Below, piece after piece: positions 46,262 through 56,232 of a DNA stretch of 64,000 nt. Source of the stretch: Candidatus Magasanikiibacteriota bacterium (GTDB taxonomy: Bacteria > Patescibacteriota > Patescibacteriia > Magasanikbacterales > GWA2-37-8). The position numbers and the translations under genes are program-made. The stretch spans positions 8,056-72,055 of the forward strand of contig JBAYHH010000001.1 in the NCBI GenBank assembly GCA_041666265.1. The letters run 5' to 3'. The stretch's first letter is position 1, and every line of letters starts with the position of its first letter. The notes beneath the pieces were generated by a model. That model ran no database searches, was not told the origin of the DNA, and worked only from the letters and a program-made list of their open reading frames with translations.

Positions 46262-46885
46262 TCAAGGGCGCAGGGTGTGTATGGCGCGATCAAGCGCCAG
46301 GTGCATCTGTATTTCAATAGCGCGATTGGTTTTTTGAGCCAGTGGCAGATAATAGCGATTGGCTTCGCCAAACCAATGCGTAATTTTATTGTATTTGGGA
46401 AAAAGTAAAAATAAATCGCACCAACAGCGCATATTATCGAGCATGTCAGCGCATTTTACTATTCGCGTCTTTTTGTCAGCGCGCATAATAAAATTATATC
46501 TGCGCCCCTTGCTGATTTTTTTGGATAGCTCGCATTCATTGTCATGGCGCGGGCGAGTCAGATTTTTTACCAACCGAGCGATTTCTCGGTCAAATTCTTT
46601 TTCAATTGTTGGTAATTTTATATCGGTATCTTCGACTACATCATGCAAAAGAGCGGCGGCGATCATGGCGCAATTCTTACTTTTGAATTCGTAAATCAAT
46701 GAATTGGCCACGCGTAGAGGATGGATAAAATATTGGTCGCCTTCGTAGCGTCGCTGGTTTATATGAGCTGTTTGCGCCATCAAAAACGCGCGCGTCAAGA
46801 TGTCGCGCCCGCGGGCCGATTGTTTTTTTACATATCGATGAAACAGTTTCTCGTGATATTTTATGTTTCTGAAGCGTGATTTCAT
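46262..46885 (-). CDS. HD-domain (p)ppGpp hydrolase-like protein (RelA/SpoT HD family)
   Basis: QYFIHPLRVANSL...AALLHDVVEDTD conserved HD motif of SpoT-type hydrolases. About 207 aa; start uncertain. Confidence 0.7.
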   Translation of the reverse strand: MKSRFRNIKYHEKLFHRYVKKQSARGRDILTRAFLMAQTAHINQRRYEGDQYFIHPLRVANSLIYEFKSKNCAMIAAALLHDVVEDTDIKLPTIEKEFDREIARLVKNLTRPRHDNECELSKKISKGRRYNFIMRADKKTRIVKCADMLDNMRCWCDLFLLFPKYNKITHWFGEANRYYLPLAQKTNRAIEIQMHLALDRAIHTLRP

Positions 46886-47017
46886 ATTTAGATAACAAAG
46901 CTCATTTTAGCACCATTATGTGATTTGAGCAAATGCTGGTATGGGGTGTTCTGGATATATTTTTGTGATTATGATATTATACGCACAGTAGTTAATTTTT
47001 AGCTGTTATTATATTTT

Positions 47018-48052
47018 ATGCTAAATATATCGTCTTTCTTTAAAGAAGCCATCAAACGATCTGCCTCGGATTTGCACCTGGTGGGCGGGGAGTTGCCCAT
47101 GATCCGCATTGAGGGCGAGTTGACAAATTTGGGGGATAAGCCGATTGATAACAGCGATTTAAGCGACGCGCTTATGGCGCTTGTCAGCAAAGCCCAGCGC
47201 GCCCAATACGAAGAATTTTTGGAATTGGATTTTGGCTATGAAATTGACGGTGTGCGCTTTCGGGTAAATTTGCATCAACAAGCGGAAAAAATCGGCATGG
47301 CGGCGCGCTTGGTCCCGGCCGAGATTCCCAGTCCCAAGGATTTGCATTTTGAAGAAGTTTTGGCGAGCGTCCCCAATTTACTTGATGGTTTGGTACTTGT
47401 CACCGGACCGACGGGCTGTGGTAAATCGACCACGATCGCCTCGATCATCGAGCAGATCAATCAGTCGCGCAAGGCGCATATCATGACAGTCGAGGATCCG
47501 ATCGAGTTTGTTTATAAGGATAAATTAAGTTTGATTGAGCAGCGCGAAGTCGGTATTGACACCAAGTCATTTGAATCGGCTCTTAAATATGTTTTGCGTC
47601 AAGATCCCAATGTGATATTTGTCGGTGAAATGCGCGATGCCGAGACTATTAGCACCGTTCTCACCGCTGCCGAGACCGGTCATCTGGTGTTGTCTACTTT
47701 ACATACTCCGAGCGCCGCCGAAGCGATCGAGCGCATCGTCGATGTATTTGATGGATCGAAGCAAAAGCAAATTTTGATTCAGTTGTCGTCAGTATTGCGC
47801 GTGGTCATCGCCCAACAATTACTTCCGGCCAAAGACGGTGGTCGGGTGCCGGCGCGTGAAATTTTGGTAAACACGGCGGCCGCGGCCAATTTGATCAAAG
47901 AAAATAAAATCGATCAATTGAAATCGGTGATCCAAACCGGCGCCAAGGACGGCATGGTGACGATGGAAAATTCGATCGCAGAGTTACTCAAGGAGAAATG
48001 GATCAGTGACGATACCGCCGGCAAACGAGTGGGCAGACAAAAGAAAGTGTAA
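47018..48052 (+). CDS. pilT: type IV pilus retraction ATPase PilT
   Basis: Walker A (GPTGCGKST). PilT-specific N-terminus (ASDLHL) and AIRNLIRE-like region (AAANLIKENK). Confidence 0.9.
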   Translation: MLNISSFFKEAIKRSASDLHLVGGELPMIRIEGELTNLGDKPIDNSDLSDALMALVSKAQRAQYEEFLELDFGYEIDGVRFRVNLHQQAEKIGMAARLVPAEIPSPKDLHFEEVLASVPNLLDGLVLVTGPTGCGKSTTIASIIEQINQSRKAHIMTVEDPIEFVYKDKLSLIEQREVGIDTKSFESALKYVLRQDPNVIFVGEMRDAETISTVLTAAETGHLVLSTLHTPSAAEAIERIVDVFDGSKQKQILIQLSSVLRVVIAQQLLPAKDGGRVPAREILVNTAAAANLIKENKIDQLKSVIQTGAKDGMVTMENSIAELLKEKWISDDTAGKRVGRQKKV

Positions 48053-48058
48053 CGCGAT

Positions 48059-50554
48059 ATGAGGGAAATCAATTTTGAAAAAATCATCTCTACTCGCGCC
48101 ACCTATTTGGGTTTGACATCAGTCGAAGCTGGTTGGGCATTGGAAAAATTCGGTTTTAACGAACGCGCTCGCTCCAAGTCCGCCACTTGGCTGAAAAGAT
48201 TGTGGGGTATCGTATCTGAGCCGATGATCGCCTTGATTTTTGTCACCGCGATTTTGTATTTTTTTCTGGGCGAAAAAATCGACGCTGTGATTTTGATGAG
48301 TTCGATTATCCCGATATTATTTTTGGAATATTTGCAAGAACAGCGCACTGATAACGCTATTTCCGCGTTGGATAAATTGATGGTCGGTCATTGCCGAGTA
48401 TATCGCGATGGTGTTTTAAAAGAGTTTGAGACCAAATATATTGTTCCCGGTGATTTGGTGTATTTGACCGCCGGAGACAAAGTTTCCGCCGACGGGTATT
48501 TGCTCAATTCGCCCGGACTTCAGGCCGACGAAAGCATGCTGACCGGCGAGTCGGTATCGGTGGTGAAATCGGAAATAACCAACCATGAACACACCGGCGA
48601 AGAGCATCGTTTGTATCAGGGGACGCTGATCACCTCCGGCGAAGGGTATTTGCTCGTGGATAAGACTGGTGTCGCGACTGCCTACGGGCATTTGGGCAGC
48701 TTGCTTCAAAATATCGAATCAAAACAGACTCCGCTTCAACAAAAAATCAATCGCTTGGTGCGCGGTATTGCCATTGGAGCGATCGCGTCCGCTTTATTGG
48801 TGGCCGGAGTTCTGACTGTTTTTCACGGTTGGCAAGAAGGGGTTTTGGGCGGGCTCGCGATCGCCATGTCGCTAATTCCCGAAGAATTTCCGGTGGTGTT
48901 TTCGGTGTTTCTCATCGTGGGCGTGTGGCGGATGAGCCGGAAAAACGCTTTGGTGCGCGAGATGGAGATGGTAGAGACGCTGGGCTCAGCTACTGTGATT
49001 TGCACCGACAAGACCGGTACTTTGACCGAAGGACGCATGTCATTGGAAAAATTATATTTCCACGGTGAGATGATTGATGTGAAAAATCAAAAAGCTCAAT
49101 CTGATTTAGCGCCGATTATCACCGCCTCGCTGTTGGCGCTCGAAAAAGTGCCCATCGATCCGATCGAGATCGAGATGCATAAATTTGCCGAGTCGCAAGG
49201 AGTGGATTTGAATAAATTTTTTAATTCCCGCAGTTTGGTGGCGGATTTTTCTTTTAGCGCCGAAACAAAAATGGTCCACCATGTGTGGCAAGATGAAAAC
49301 GATGGCAGTTTTCAATACACCGCGGGCGCGCCCGAATCGGTAATCGCGAGTTGCGCTTTGAGTGATGGAGATCGAAAAAAATTGATCGCTGTGAACGAGC
49401 AAGTGTCAAATGAAGGTATGCGGGTGATCGCTGTCGCTTGCAAAAAATGTTTGCCGCAAAAACGATTGGAATTAACCGGCTTGGATTTTGTCGGATTTTT
49501 GGTGATGAGCGATCCGGCGCGCGCGGGTGTGAAAGAGGCCATCGAGATCTGTCAAAATGCCGGCATTCGGATCATCATGATCACGGGCGACAACAAATTA
49601 ACCGCGCACAGCATCGCCGAACATATCGGGCTCAAGCATAACGAAGAAATTATCGGTGGTGATGAAATTGAGAAAATGGACGAAAGTTCTTTGCGCGCGA
49701 TAGTCAAAGATCATAATATTTTCGCGCGCGTTCGTCCGGAACACAAATTTCGCATTGTTGAGGCTTTGCAAAAAAATGGTGAAGTGGTGGCGATGACCGG
49801 TGATGGCGTCAATGACGCGCCGGCGCTAAAAAAAGCCGATATCGGCGTGGCTATGGGTCTGCGCGGCACCGAGGTGGCCCGATCAGCATCCGGGATTGTG
49901 TTGCTCGATGACAATTTCACTACGATCGTGAGCGCAGTGCACGAGGGCCGTCGTATTTATGACAATTTGCGCCACGCCTTTATGTTTTTATTTTCGTTTC
50001 ACCTGCCGATTATCGGGCTCGCGGTAGTCCCGTTATTTTTGGGACAGCCCTTGATTTTTTTGCCTATTCATATTATTTTTTTGGAGCTGATTTGCGATCC
50101 GGTGTCGGTTCTCGGATTTGAAAAAGAAAAAGCGCGCCGAGGACTAATGACCGAGTCGCCTCGACCGGTGTCGGAGCCGATTGTCAATCCGCGTTTGTGG
50201 CGACAGATTTTGTGGCAGGGCATGGGAATCTTGGCGGTTTGTCTCGGATTCTATTATTATTTCGGTTGGCGCATGGGCGACCTCGATCTCGGTCGCACTA
50301 TGACATTCGCGGTGTTGGTTTGGTCGCAAATTTTACTGACATTTTTCAGTCGTGAATGGTCGCAAGTCAAGAGTAATCGATTGATGTTATACATTGTCGG
50401 CGTCTTGGCCGCGATGCTCGCGGTGGCGCTCCTGTTCGCGCCGATGCGCGCGGTGTTTCATTTCGCGACTATTCCGGCATATTTGTATTCCTACATGATT
50501 ATCATTCCGGTGTTCGTGATGGCGAGTGTGAGTTTTGTGGTTTCCAAGAAATAA
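48059..50554 (+). CDS. cation-transporting P-type ATPase (P2-like)
   Basis: DKTGTLT phosphorylation motif. TGDGVNDAPAL. TGES. 10 TM topology. Confidence 0.9.
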   Translation: MREINFEKIISTRATYLGLTSVEAGWALEKFGFNERARSKSATWLKRLWGIVSEPMIALIFVTAILYFFLGEKIDAVILMSSIIPILFLEYLQEQRTDNAISALDKLMVGHCRVYRDGVLKEFETKYIVPGDLVYLTAGDKVSADGYLLNSPGLQADESMLTGESVSVVKSEITNHEHTGEEHRLYQGTLITSGEGYLLVDKTGVATAYGHLGSLLQNIESKQTPLQQKINRLVRGIAIGAIASALLVAGVLTVFHGWQEGVLGGLAIAMSLIPEEFPVVFSVFLIVGVWRMSRKNALVREMEMVETLGSATVICTDKTGTLTEGRMSLEKLYFHGEMIDVKNQKAQSDLAPIITASLLALEKVPIDPIEIEMHKFAESQGVDLNKFFNSRSLVADFSFSAETKMVHHVWQDENDGSFQYTAGAPESVIASCALSDGDRKKLIAVNEQVSNEGMRVIAVACKKCLPQKRLELTGLDFVGFLVMSDPARAGVKEAIEICQNAGIRIIMITGDNKLTAHSIAEHIGLKHNEEIIGGDEIEKMDESSLRAIVKDHNIFARVRPEHKFRIVEALQKNGEVVAMTGDGVNDAPALKKADIGVAMGLRGTEVARSASGIVLLDDNFTTIVSAVHEGRRIYDNLRHAFMFLFSFHLPIIGLAVVPLFLGQPLIFLPIHIIFLELICDPVSVLGFEKEKARRGLMTESPRPVSEPIVNPRLWRQILWQGMGILAVCLGFYYYFGWRMGDLDLGRTMTFAVLVWSQILLTFFSREWSQVKSNRLMLYIVGVLAAMLAVALLFAPMRAVFHFATIPAYLYSYMIIIPVFVMASVSFVVSKK

Positions 50555-50579
50555 TTTTTGGCAAGACCAAAATACATAT

Positions 50580-51734
50580 ATGTCATTAATCGACAAACTA
50601 AAAAATGAACCGAAATTCCGTCAGGATCAAATTTACCGCGCCTGGTTTTCCACCGGCATGGTTTCGTATACCGCGATCACCACTCTTCCCAAAAATTTGC
50701 GCATAGCGCTCCAAGACGAACCATGGACAACGGTGAAGCTGCAAATCATGCAACGCAGTGAGCTCGACGGCACGCAAAAAGCCCTGCTTACGCTGGCCGA
50801 CGGCGCGGGTATCGAGACAGTGCTGATGGGTCGGAAAAATAAACGAGCGACACGCGAGAGCGATCAACGCTATACTATTTGCATTTCATCGCAGGTCGGC
50901 TGTCCGATGGGGTGTGTGTTTTGCGCCACCGGCAAAATGGGATTTAAGCGCAATTTGACGGCGCGCGAAATCGTCGATCAGGTGCGGTTTTGGATTGATT
51001 ATTTGAAGCGCGAAGAGCCGGCCACGACCAGTGGTGGGCAGGGGATACAAAATAAATTTTTGGGCCAAGCTATCTCTAACATCGTCCTCATGGGCCAGGG
51101 CGAACCGTTGTTGAATTATGACAATGTCAAGCTGGCGCTCAATATCATTCTGAAATACGCCGAGATGGGTCCGCGTCAGATCACCGTTTCGACGGTGGGG
51201 GTGCCGGCAGTGATGGAAAAAATGGTCGTTGATCCGGAATGGCCCCCGGTGCGATTCGCGCTTTCGCTTCATAATCCGATTGAAGAAGAACGAAAGAAAT
51301 TGATTCCCTCGCACCAAAAAGATTTTCTAAAATTTTTGGTTGAATGGAGCAAAACATATCACGCGCGTTTCAATTCGCGGACGCAGTTTATCGGACTGGA
51401 ATACACGATCGTGCCGGGTGAAAACGACAGCGAACGCCATCTGAAAGCGATGATTAAGTTCGCGAGTAAACTCGGCAAGGTGCGTATCAATTTGATACCG
51501 CTCAACACCACTACTGCCATCAGCCCGCGCGTCAGTTTGGCACCGACAACCACTAAGCTCAGATCAAATTCGAATATTCGTTTCGCGCCCATCAACGATC
51601 CGCTCGATACCCCGATCGAACACTGGCACCATCGTTTGATGGACTGTGGTTTTACCACTACTATTCGGCGTTCACAGGGGCAAGATATCGCTGCCGCTTG
51701 TGGACAATTGGCGTTGGGTCAGGCAAAGGGGTGA
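50580..51734 (+). CDS. rlmN: 23S rRNA (adenine2503-C2)-methyltransferase RlmN (radical SAM)
   Basis: CPMGCVFCATG radical-SAM cluster motif and a second conserved Cys region. ORF 50535; ATG at 50580 is preferred. Confidence 0.85.
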   Translation: MSLIDKLKNEPKFRQDQIYRAWFSTGMVSYTAITTLPKNLRIALQDEPWTTVKLQIMQRSELDGTQKALLTLADGAGIETVLMGRKNKRATRESDQRYTICISSQVGCPMGCVFCATGKMGFKRNLTAREIVDQVRFWIDYLKREEPATTSGGQGIQNKFLGQAISNIVLMGQGEPLLNYDNVKLALNIILKYAEMGPRQITVSTVGVPAVMEKMVVDPEWPPVRFALSLHNPIEEERKKLIPSHQKDFLKFLVEWSKTYHARFNSRTQFIGLEYTIVPGENDSERHLKAMIKFASKLGKVRINLIPLNTTTAISPRVSLAPTTTKLRSNSNIRFAPINDPLDTPIEHWHHRLMDCGFTTTIRRSQGQDIAAACGQLALGQAKG

Positions 51735-51804
51735 ATTTTGCTATTTTCTATAAATTATGCTAAAATAAAAGCGCTTCAATTGGCGTTTTTTGTGTTTTAA
51801 AATC

Positions 51805-53274
51805 ATGAAAGTAGAAAAATTATTTAAAGAAATCGCCACTCTGGCCAAACAAGAAAAAACCCCGGTTTATGCCGTGGGTGGTTTTGTGCGTGATCTGCTT
51901 TTGGATTGTGATCAGAAAAAAGATATTGATTTTGTGGTGGAGGGAAGTGGGCTGGCTTTTGCCCGGGCGTTGGATAAGAAATTGAAAGAAGAGGGGAGTT
52001 TGGTGGAGTTTTCGGATTTTGATACTGCTCGTTATGTGATAAGGAGTAAGGAAAAAGGAGTAAGGAGTAACGACAACGACGGCGAAATTGTATTGGAATT
52101 TGCGGGCGCGCGCGCGGAAAGTTACCACGACAAATCACGCAAACCCAAAGTCGTCGCTACCACCCTCAAGGACGATTTATCTCGCCGTGATTTTACCGTC
52201 AATGCGATGGCTTTGCCAGTCGATGCGATTGGCAAAAAAACCTGGAAAAAATTGATAATTGACGAATTTAATGGTCAAGAGGATTTAAAAAATAAAATTT
52301 TGCGCACCCCGCTGGACCCGGATATTACTTTTTCCGATGATCCGTTGCGGATGTTGAGGGCGATTCGGTTTGCGGCGCAACTCAATTTTTCGATTGAACC
52401 CAAAACTTTGGAAGCGATATATCGCAATCGTGAACGAATCAAGATTGTATCGGCGGAACGCGTGCAAGAAGAACTGATGAAATTGATGACGACGAACGCC
52501 CCCGGCAACGGGCTGGTGTTGATGTTTCAAACCCATCTCATGGATTTGGTTTTGCCGGAGGTGTCGGCGCTCGACGGGGTGGAAGAAATCTGGGGACATA
52601 TTCACAAAAATAATTTAATCCACTCCTTTAAAGTAGTTGACAATATCGCTTTGCGTTCGGACAAGCCGCTTTTGCGTTTAGCCGGACTGTTGCACGATAT
52701 TGGCAAAGCCGGCACCAAGAAATTTCTGCCGAAAATCGGTTGGACATTTCACGCGCACGAGCATCTGGGCAAAAAATTAGCGAGCGATTTGATGCGCCGA
52801 TTGCGGTTTCCAATCAGCGATATAAAATATGTCGCCAAACTCGTGCGCTATCATCAGCAACCGATCGCTCTTATGGACGACGGCATCACTGATAGCGCGG
52901 TCAGGAGGCTAATAGTGAACTTGGGCGATCAATTGGAAGATCTGCTGATTCTGGGGGTGTCGGATATTACCACCGGCAATCCGACCAAATTCGCGCGCCG
53001 GCAAAAGAATTACGATTATTTGCGCGCGCGCATCGACGAAGTGATCGAAAAAGATAAATTACGCGCGTTTCAGTCGCCTTTGCGCGGAGACGAGATTATG
53101 ACCCTGGCCGGTCTCAAACCCGGACCGACTGTTGGCAAAATAAAAGAAGCGATTGAAGAGGCGATCCTTGAGGGCGAAATCCCCAATGACTACGAGGCCA
53201 GTAAAAATTATTTTGAAAAAATAAAGGATGAATATTCAAAACAAGCCTTTGATTGGGAAAAATTAACTAAGTAA
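51805..53274 (+). CDS. CCA-adding tRNA nucleotidyltransferase / poly(A) polymerase family protein with HD domain
   Basis: PolyA_pol head (VYAVGGFVRDLLL...DIDFVV). C-terminal HD domain (LLHDIGK). TTG at 51790 is an alternative start. Confidence 0.85.
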   Translation: MKVEKLFKEIATLAKQEKTPVYAVGGFVRDLLLDCDQKKDIDFVVEGSGLAFARALDKKLKEEGSLVEFSDFDTARYVIRSKEKGVRSNDNDGEIVLEFAGARAESYHDKSRKPKVVATTLKDDLSRRDFTVNAMALPVDAIGKKTWKKLIIDEFNGQEDLKNKILRTPLDPDITFSDDPLRMLRAIRFAAQLNFSIEPKTLEAIYRNRERIKIVSAERVQEELMKLMTTNAPGNGLVLMFQTHLMDLVLPEVSALDGVEEIWGHIHKNNLIHSFKVVDNIALRSDKPLLRLAGLLHDIGKAGTKKFLPKIGWTFHAHEHLGKKLASDLMRRLRFPISDIKYVAKLVRYHQQPIALMDDGITDSAVRRLIVNLGDQLEDLLILGVSDITTGNPTKFARRQKNYDYLRARIDEVIEKDKLRAFQSPLRGDEIMTLAGLKPGPTVGKIKEAIEEAILEGEIPNDYEASKNYFEKIKDEYSKQAFDWEKLTK

Positions 53275-53283
53275 TAAAATTAT

Positions 53284-55014
53284 ATGAATTTATCCATGCT
53301 CAAGACAAAAAAATTTTGGATCATCACCGCAGTGGTTTTGGTAGTCGCTTGGATCGGTTACGGCCAGTACAAAAAATCTACCGCTCTGCCTGATTATGAT
53401 ACGGTCACGGTGGCGCGCGGGGACATCGCTCAAACCGTGGAGGCGACCGGCAAGATTCAATCCGCTAACGACTTGCAGATGCGTTTTGAAACCGCTGGTA
53501 CTTTGGGTGAAATCAAAGTTCAAGAAGGCGATGTGGTCAAGACGGGTCAAATGCTCGCTTCTTTGCGCGCGAGCGAATTATCCGCCGCCGTTGCTCAAGC
53601 CCAAGCTAATCTAAATCAAAAAATCGCCGGCGCCAATGATCAAGAACGCGCGTATTACAAAGCGCTCGCCGATCAAGCGCTCGCCGATCTCAATAAAACT
53701 CGCTCGGACACCGCCAATTCCATTTCTTCTTATGAAGCCGGAGTGGAAACCGCGAAAAACAACATGAAGCTGGCCGAAGGCGGAGAGGATAGTCGGATTG
53801 TCAATCAAGAATACGATGACGCGGTGGCGGTTTTGCAGGCGACCCTATCCAAGCTTGATGACGGAATGACTCAAGCCGACAATATCTTGGGTATTGACAA
53901 TACACTCGCTAACGACACCTTTGAAGCCAATTTATCTCTCTTAAATTCCAGTAAATTGAATGTGGCCAATTCTGCGTATTACTCCGCTCGCACCGCGCGC
54001 GATAGCGCTCGCGCTGCTATCATCGCGTTGAACACCATTAGTGTTCATTCTGCCGTTGACAGCGCCGTTTTATGGGCTGAGGACGCGCTGTCCAAAACCA
54101 GTATATTGCTTTCCGGCGTGGCCGATGTGCTCGCATCCACTCCGCCGTTGGGTGGTTTGACGCAAACAGAATTGGATGCCAAAAAAACGATTATTGCCGC
54201 GATGCGCACGACGATTTCGACCCAATATACGACTATGATCAGTGAGTCGCAAGCGCTTGCCGACGCGAAAAATAGCTATAATACTTATTTGGTGGCGTAC
54301 AATAAGGCGGTCAATGATTTGAATAACGCCAAGAGTACCGCGACGAGTGTGGTGGCGATCAAGGAGGCGATGTATAATCAAGCGCTCGCGAATTATGAAA
54401 ATAAAATTTTACCTTCACGCGAAGTCGACCTCGCACCGCTACGCGCCGCTCTCTCACAAGCGCAAGCCAATTACGGCAAGGCGGTTTTACGCGCGCCGAT
54501 TGACGGCGTGATTTCAAAAGTAAACAAAAAGGTGGGTGAGCTGGTATCGGCGGCCGATATCGCGATCGAAATGATCACTCCGCATTTTGAAGTGGAAGTG
54601 GATATTCCCGAAACCGATGTGTCCAAATTAAAATTGGGCGACGCGGTGGTGATTACTTTGGATGCGTTTGGCGATGACACCAAATTTAGCGGCCAAGTGA
54701 TCAGTATTGATCCGGCCAGCACCAACATCCAAGATGTAGTGTATTACAAAGTTAAAGTTTCACTCGACGACACTGATAAGCCGATCAAAACCGGCATGAC
54801 TGCCAATGTGACGGTGGCGACGGAAAAACGCGCGGGAGTTTTGTATGTCCCCAGTCGCGCCGTCCGTACCAATGGTGAAAAATATGTCAAAATTTTGACC
54901 GGCAAAACGGTCACTGATGTGCCGGTAACTCTTGGACTCAAAGCCGACGATGGTAAGGTGGAGATTGTGAGCGGAGTGAATGAGGGTGACATCGTGATTG
55001 TTGGGACGAAGTAA
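53284..55014 (+). CDS. efflux pump periplasmic adaptor (HlyD/MacA-like membrane fusion protein)
   Basis: N-terminal TM. Long coiled-coil A/Q/N-rich hairpin. C-terminal beta-barrel/MPD region. Confidence 0.8.
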   Translation: MNLSMLKTKKFWIITAVVLVVAWIGYGQYKKSTALPDYDTVTVARGDIAQTVEATGKIQSANDLQMRFETAGTLGEIKVQEGDVVKTGQMLASLRASELSAAVAQAQANLNQKIAGANDQERAYYKALADQALADLNKTRSDTANSISSYEAGVETAKNNMKLAEGGEDSRIVNQEYDDAVAVLQATLSKLDDGMTQADNILGIDNTLANDTFEANLSLLNSSKLNVANSAYYSARTARDSARAAIIALNTISVHSAVDSAVLWAEDALSKTSILLSGVADVLASTPPLGGLTQTELDAKKTIIAAMRTTISTQYTTMISESQALADAKNSYNTYLVAYNKAVNDLNNAKSTATSVVAIKEAMYNQALANYENKILPSREVDLAPLRAALSQAQANYGKAVLRAPIDGVISKVNKKVGELVSAADIAIEMITPHFEVEVDIPETDVSKLKLGDAVVITLDAFGDDTKFSGQVISIDPASTNIQDVVYYKVKVSLDDTDKPIKTGMTANVTVATEKRAGVLYVPSRAVRTNGEKYVKILTGKTVTDVPVTLGLKADDGKVEIVSGVNEGDIVIVGTK

Positions 55015-55019
55015 TCCTT

Positions 55020-55406
55020 TAAATTGTCATCCCCGCGCAGGCGGGGATCCAGAGTATTATTTTATGTTAGGGAGGAATTATAATGTTTACATTTTAGCTA
55101 GTAAAAGAAACGGTACATTATATATTGGTGTCACAAATAATTTGATTCGCAGAATCTATGAGCACAAAAATAATTTGGTTGATGGATTTACTAAAAATTA
55201 CAGCATTCACAATTTAGTGTATTATGAAAGTTACAATGAGGTCGAGAATGCTATTACGAGAGAAAAGCAACTAAAAAAATGGGATAGAAAATGGAAAATA
55301 AGAATTATTGAAGAAATGAATCCACACTGGCGTGATTTGTATGAGGAATTAAATCCAATTTATTGATTGGCGACTGGATCCCCGCCTGCGCGGGGATGAC
55401 AATTTA
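55020..55406 (+). mobile_element. miniature TIR-flanked cassette carrying a GIY-YIG nuclease gene, inserted between macA-like and macB-like genes
   Basis: Perfect 31-bp terminal inverted repeats: 55020..55050 (TAAATTGTCATCCCCGCGCAGGCGGGGATCC) and 55376..55406 (exact reverse complement). Each TIR is internally palindromic (ATCCCCGC..GCGGGGAT). Confidence 0.75.
55064..55366 (+). CDS. GIY-YIG nuclease family protein (small, YhbQ/Uri-like)
   Basis: VYILASKRNGTLYIGVTNNLIRRIYEHK plus conserved E/N downstream is the GIY-YIG motif. The longer ORF from 54998 reads through the left inverted repeat and is considered an artefact. Confidence 0.8.
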   Translation: MLGRNYNVYILASKRNGTLYIGVTNNLIRRIYEHKNNLVDGFTKNYSIHNLVYYESYNEVENAITREKQLKKWDRKWKIRIIEEMNPHWRDLYEELNPIY

Positions 55407-55412
55407 TACAAT

Positions 55413-56132
55413 ATGCTCATCGAAGTCAAAAATCTTTGTAAAACCTACTTGAGCGGCGATGTGGAAACGCCGGTGCTTCATGATCTGAATTTTACGATGG
55501 ATAAAGGTGAATTTGTGGCGATCATGGGACCGTCGGGGTCGGGCAAATCCACCCTCATGCATGTGCTTAGTTTTATGGACAAGCCCAGTTGCGGCGAGTA
55601 TATTTTTGATGGCAAAAAAGTGAACGAGCTGACCGATGACGAACTGGCGGAGATGCGCAGTAGCGCCGTTGGTTTTATTTTTCAAGCGTTCAATCTTTTG
55701 CCGCGCACGACCGTGATGGAAAATGTCGCATTGCCCCTCGTGTACACCAAAATGTCGGAAAAGGAACGCCGTGAAAAGGCCAAGGCCGCCCTGATATCGG
55801 TGGGGCTTGGTCATCGCTTGGAATATTTTACCAATCAATTATCCGGCGGCGAGAAACAACGCGTGGCAATCGCGCGTGCTCTCGTCAATAATCCGGCAGT
55901 ACTGTTTGCCGATGAGCCGACCGGAAATTTAGATAGTAAATCTGGTTTGCAGGTAATGAAAATTTTGCAGGACTTAAACGAACAAGGCCATACGATTATT
56001 CTCGTTACTCACGAAAAATACACCGCCGAACATGCCAAACGCATTTTGCGTATTCGCGATGGGGTGGTGGAGAGCGATGAAAAGGTGGCGAATCGGCAGA
56101 TCGCGAAGGGGGCGAGTGAGTTGGTGAAGTAA
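55413..56132 (+). CDS. ABC transporter ATP-binding protein (MacB/LolD family)
   Basis: Walker A GPSGSGKST, signature LSGGEKQRVAIARAL, Walker B LFADEPTGNLD. Confidence 0.92.
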   Translation: MLIEVKNLCKTYLSGDVETPVLHDLNFTMDKGEFVAIMGPSGSGKSTLMHVLSFMDKPSCGEYIFDGKKVNELTDDELAEMRSSAVGFIFQAFNLLPRTTVMENVALPLVYTKMSEKERREKAKAALISVGLGHRLEYFTNQLSGGEKQRVAIARALVNNPAVLFADEPTGNLDSKSGLQVMKILQDLNEQGHTIILVTHEKYTAEHAKRILRIRDGVVESDEKVANRQIAKGASELVK

Positions 56133-56232
56133 AAGCCCGAAAGGCCGGAAAGGCTTGAAATGCTCAAAAGGTCACGTCAACAACGTCAAGCTTTTCTAGC
56201 CTTTCCGGCATTTTAAGCCTTTCAAGCCTTCT

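Noticed and set aside
46128-46337. Plus-strand 69-aa ORF from the six-frame track
   Set aside because: It overlaps a well-formed minus-strand tRNA-Pro cloverleaf (46149-46225) and the 3' end of the HD-domain gene, so it is a spurious ORF.
54998-55063. Longer N-terminally extended version of the GIY-YIG ORF (starting 54998)
   Set aside because: The extension is translated straight through the 31-bp terminal inverted repeat (NPLNCHPRAGGDPE). The GIY-YIG fold starts at the internal Met (55064).
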